Positions 62,002-64,000 of a DNA stretch of 64,000 bases are shown in pieces. Positions within the stretch are counted from its first letter, which is position 1, and every line of letters starts with the position of its first letter. A program made the position numbers and the translations under genes. Under the pieces are notes generated by a model. It made no database searches, had not been told where the DNA came from, and was given only the letters and a program-made list of their open reading frames with translations. Origin of the DNA: Cyclobacteriaceae bacterium (lineage in GTDB: Bacteria; Bacteroidota; Bacteroidia; Cytophagales; Cyclobacteriaceae); contig OZ245789.1 in the NCBI GenBank assembly GCA_965228045.1, positions 3,522,616-3,586,615 of the forward strand, given 5' to 3'.

Positions 62002-64000
62002 TCACTCTTGTTTCAAGGCATTGACAGGATTGTCCGTTGCTGTCACATAGGACTTATATCCGATGGTGAGAATGGCCATTAATGAAACCAGTAGTATAGG
62101 TACAATGATTAAAATCGGGTCTATCGTAATTCGATAGTCATAATTCTCCAGCCAGTTGTTGCCCAGGTAAATGACAACCGGAATGGCAATGATCGAACCG
62201 ATGATAATCAGTTTTAAAAAGTCCCAGATGATAATGGTAACCACTTTTGTAACTGTGGCTCCCAGTACTTTTCGTATGGCTATTTCTTTCATCCTTCTCT
62301 CCAATGTGAAGGCAGCCAGGGCAAAAAGACCTATAGATGCTATCAAAATGGCCAGTCCTGAAAAGGTTGTAAATACCTTCCCAAATCTCCTTTCGGAATT
62401 ATAGAGTCGATCAAATGAATCATCAAGGAAAAACCCATCAAAGGGATATCCTGGCACAAATTGATCCCATGTGGCTTCTATTTTCTTAATCGCTTCCTGA
62501 TAATTTCCGGATACCTTCATCAGCATATAGGTGCCACCCGACATATCCTCTGCCTTACTGTATCTGTACAATCCCGGTCTGATGTTACGACCTCCTGTTC
62601 TTAGCACTACATCCTTTACCACTCCTATAACCCTATAGTTTTCTCCTCCTCCACGTTCTACTATCTGGCCGATAGCATCATCCCAGCCGGCCATAGAAAC
62701 GAATTTCTCATTCACCAGGACGGCAGCAGTGTCCGTTGCTATTCCGCTGAAAAATTTTCCTTCGACCAGTTCCATACCCAATGCCTGCATGGCATATTCA
62801 TCCGAGAACACATGATCTGGCGAAAGTGTAATGGCATTTTCACCTGTGGTCTGATAATTCCAGTCCGGGATCATTCCGGATGGATAATTGCTGACAACAC
62901 CCATCTCAGCAATATTGGAATTAGAAATAAGCTCAGTTCGGAAAGTATTCAACTGATCCTTAATCTTGTTTCCCCCTGTCAGAACGAAAACCTGTTCCGA
63001 GTTGAGACCGAGATTGCGTTTTGTCATATGCGAAACCTGCTGATACACAATGATGGTCCCCGTGATTAGGAAGATTGACACTGCAAACTGGAAAATGACC
63101 AGTCCCATTCTCATTTTAGAGCTTCCACCTCTAACCGATTCACCTCGTAGAGCAGTTATCGGCGAAAAAGAAGACAAATAAAGCGCTGGGTAGCTCCCTG
63201 CCAGCAATCCGATCAAAACTAAAAGGCCAAGAATCCAAAGACTATTTTGAAGGCTGAACAAATTACTTACGGTGTAACTCATTTCTGTCAACTGATTAAA
63301 ATAGGGTAGAATCAGAATAGATAAGAGTATGCCTATGATTACAGAAATGACGGTGATCATCATGGATTCAACCAAAAACTGCTGCATGATGGTACTTCGC
63401 ACGGATCCCATCACTTTTCTCATGCCTACCTCCTTCGCCCGAAGGGAAGATCGAGCGGTGGACATGTTGACGTAATTGATACAGGCGATCAGCAGAATAA
63501 AAAATGCGACAACTGAAAAAATAATGATGTTATTATAGCTACCTCCATTTCCCAGATCCAGCCTGGGCTGATGTAAATGCACATCAGCCAGTGGTATAAG
63601 TTCCAGAGATCGGTAATTGCCATCAGCCAGGTAATCATCCCAGGAGTCATAACCCGCCATATAGGACATCATTTCTGGTGCAATGTATTGTCTCACGAAC
63701 TCCGGAAACTTTATTCTTAAGCCTTGTGGGTCCGCATTTTCTTTAAGCTTCAGAAAAGAAAAAAAGCTATTTCCGGTCCACCAGCCATCAGTGACCCAAT
63801 ACTCATGAGGCATGCTGGCAATTACCTTGTAAGGAACAGTACTATTATTAGGTACATCCTCAACTACACCAGTAACCTGGTATTCTTCGTCATCAGCGTT
63901 GAGCATCTTTCCGAAGGCATCTTCATCAGGAAATAACTTATCCGCCACACTTTTGGTAAGCACTACGGAATTGGGTTCATTAAGTGCGGTTTCCGACGTA
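62002..64000 (-). CDS. FtsX/MacB-like ABC transporter permease (partial; N-terminus beyond the window end)
   Basis: Frame stays open to the window edge (...SETALNEPNSVVLTKSVADKLF). Two FtsX 4-TM modules. Paralog of 20326..22944. Confidence 0.8.
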   Translation of the reverse strand, partial: TSETALNEPNSVVLTKSVADKLFPDEDAFGKMLNADDEEYQVTGVVEDVPNNSTVPYKVIASMPHEYWVTDGWWTGNSFFSFLKLKENADPQGLRIKFPEFVRQYIAPEMMSYMAGYDSWDDYLADGNYRSLELIPLADVHLHQPRLDLGNGGSYNNIIIFSVVAFFILLIACINYVNMSTARSSLRAKEVGMRKVMGSVRSTIMQQFLVESMMITVISVIIGILLSILILPYFNQLTEMSYTVSNLFSLQNSLWILGLLVLIGLLAGSYPALYLSSFSPITALRGESVRGGSSKMRMGLVIFQFAVSIFLITGTIIVYQQVSHMTKRNLGLNSEQVFVLTGGNKIKDQLNTFRTELISNSNIAEMGVVSNYPSGMIPDWNYQTTGENAITLSPDHVFSDEYAMQALGMELVEGKFFSGIATDTAAVLVNEKFVSMAGWDDAIGQIVERGGGENYRVIGVVKDVVLRTGGRNIRPGLYRYSKAEDMSGGTYMLMKVSGNYQEAIKKIEATWDQFVPGYPFDGFFLDDSFDRLYNSERRFGKVFTTFSGLAILIASIGLFALAAFTLERRMKEIAIRKVLGATVTKVVTIIIWDFLKLIIIGSIIAIPVVIYLGNNWLENYDYRITIDPILIIVPILLVSLMAILTIGYKSYVTATDNPVNALKQE

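Overview
The window looks like a Bacteroidota chromosome segment, probably from a marine Cytophagales-like organism. Supporting signs are a T9SS C-terminal sorting domain, PadR plus orphan FtsX permeases, and large PIG-L deacetylases. I recognised no rRNA, tRNA or CRISPR.

Layout:
- 2-8448: one tightly coupled nine-gene operon. It contains an SSS transporter, an ATCase-like carbamoyltransferase, an AsnB-like amidotransferase, the two glycine-betaine methyltransferases (GSMT and SDMT), an M20 N-carbamoyl-amino-acid amidohydrolase and an isochorismatase-family hydrolase.
- 8.4-27.5 kb: ordinary housekeeping and envelope genes (GH26, M28, ECF sigma, SodC-like, M19, ACMSD-like, GGT, FtsX/PadR, OmpA, GhrA-like, Mpg).
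- 27.6 to about 46 kb: an accessory island, and the main result. A tyrosine recombinase (30272..31429) lacks the IntI-specific insertion. It is followed by a co-oriented array of at least five gene cassettes. Each cassette ends in a 110-240 bp imperfect palindrome bounded by ...AAC and GTT... cores. In all five testable cases, the 8-10 nt after the upstream GTT core are the exact reverse complement of the nt preceding the cassette's own AAC core. That is the footprint of circularisable, integron-type cassettes.
- Elements that parasitise the array: two near-identical group II introns (class C-like, no endonuclease domain) inserted antisense inside the AAC cores at TGT|T, and two IS110-family elements. 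Cargo is dominated by toxin-antitoxin pairs (PIN, HigBA remnant, MazEF), an Imm53-like immunity protein and small membrane or secreted proteins.
- 46-53 kb: more accessory-looking content (paralogous beta-lactamase-fold hydrolases, gene remnants).
- 53.4-64 kb: a cNMP-sensor kinase / REC-TrxR-like fusion / zf-UBP module, an SSS plus PIG-L pair, and a partial FtsX permease.

All calls rest on by-eye motif recognition and manual sequence comparison. No searches were run.
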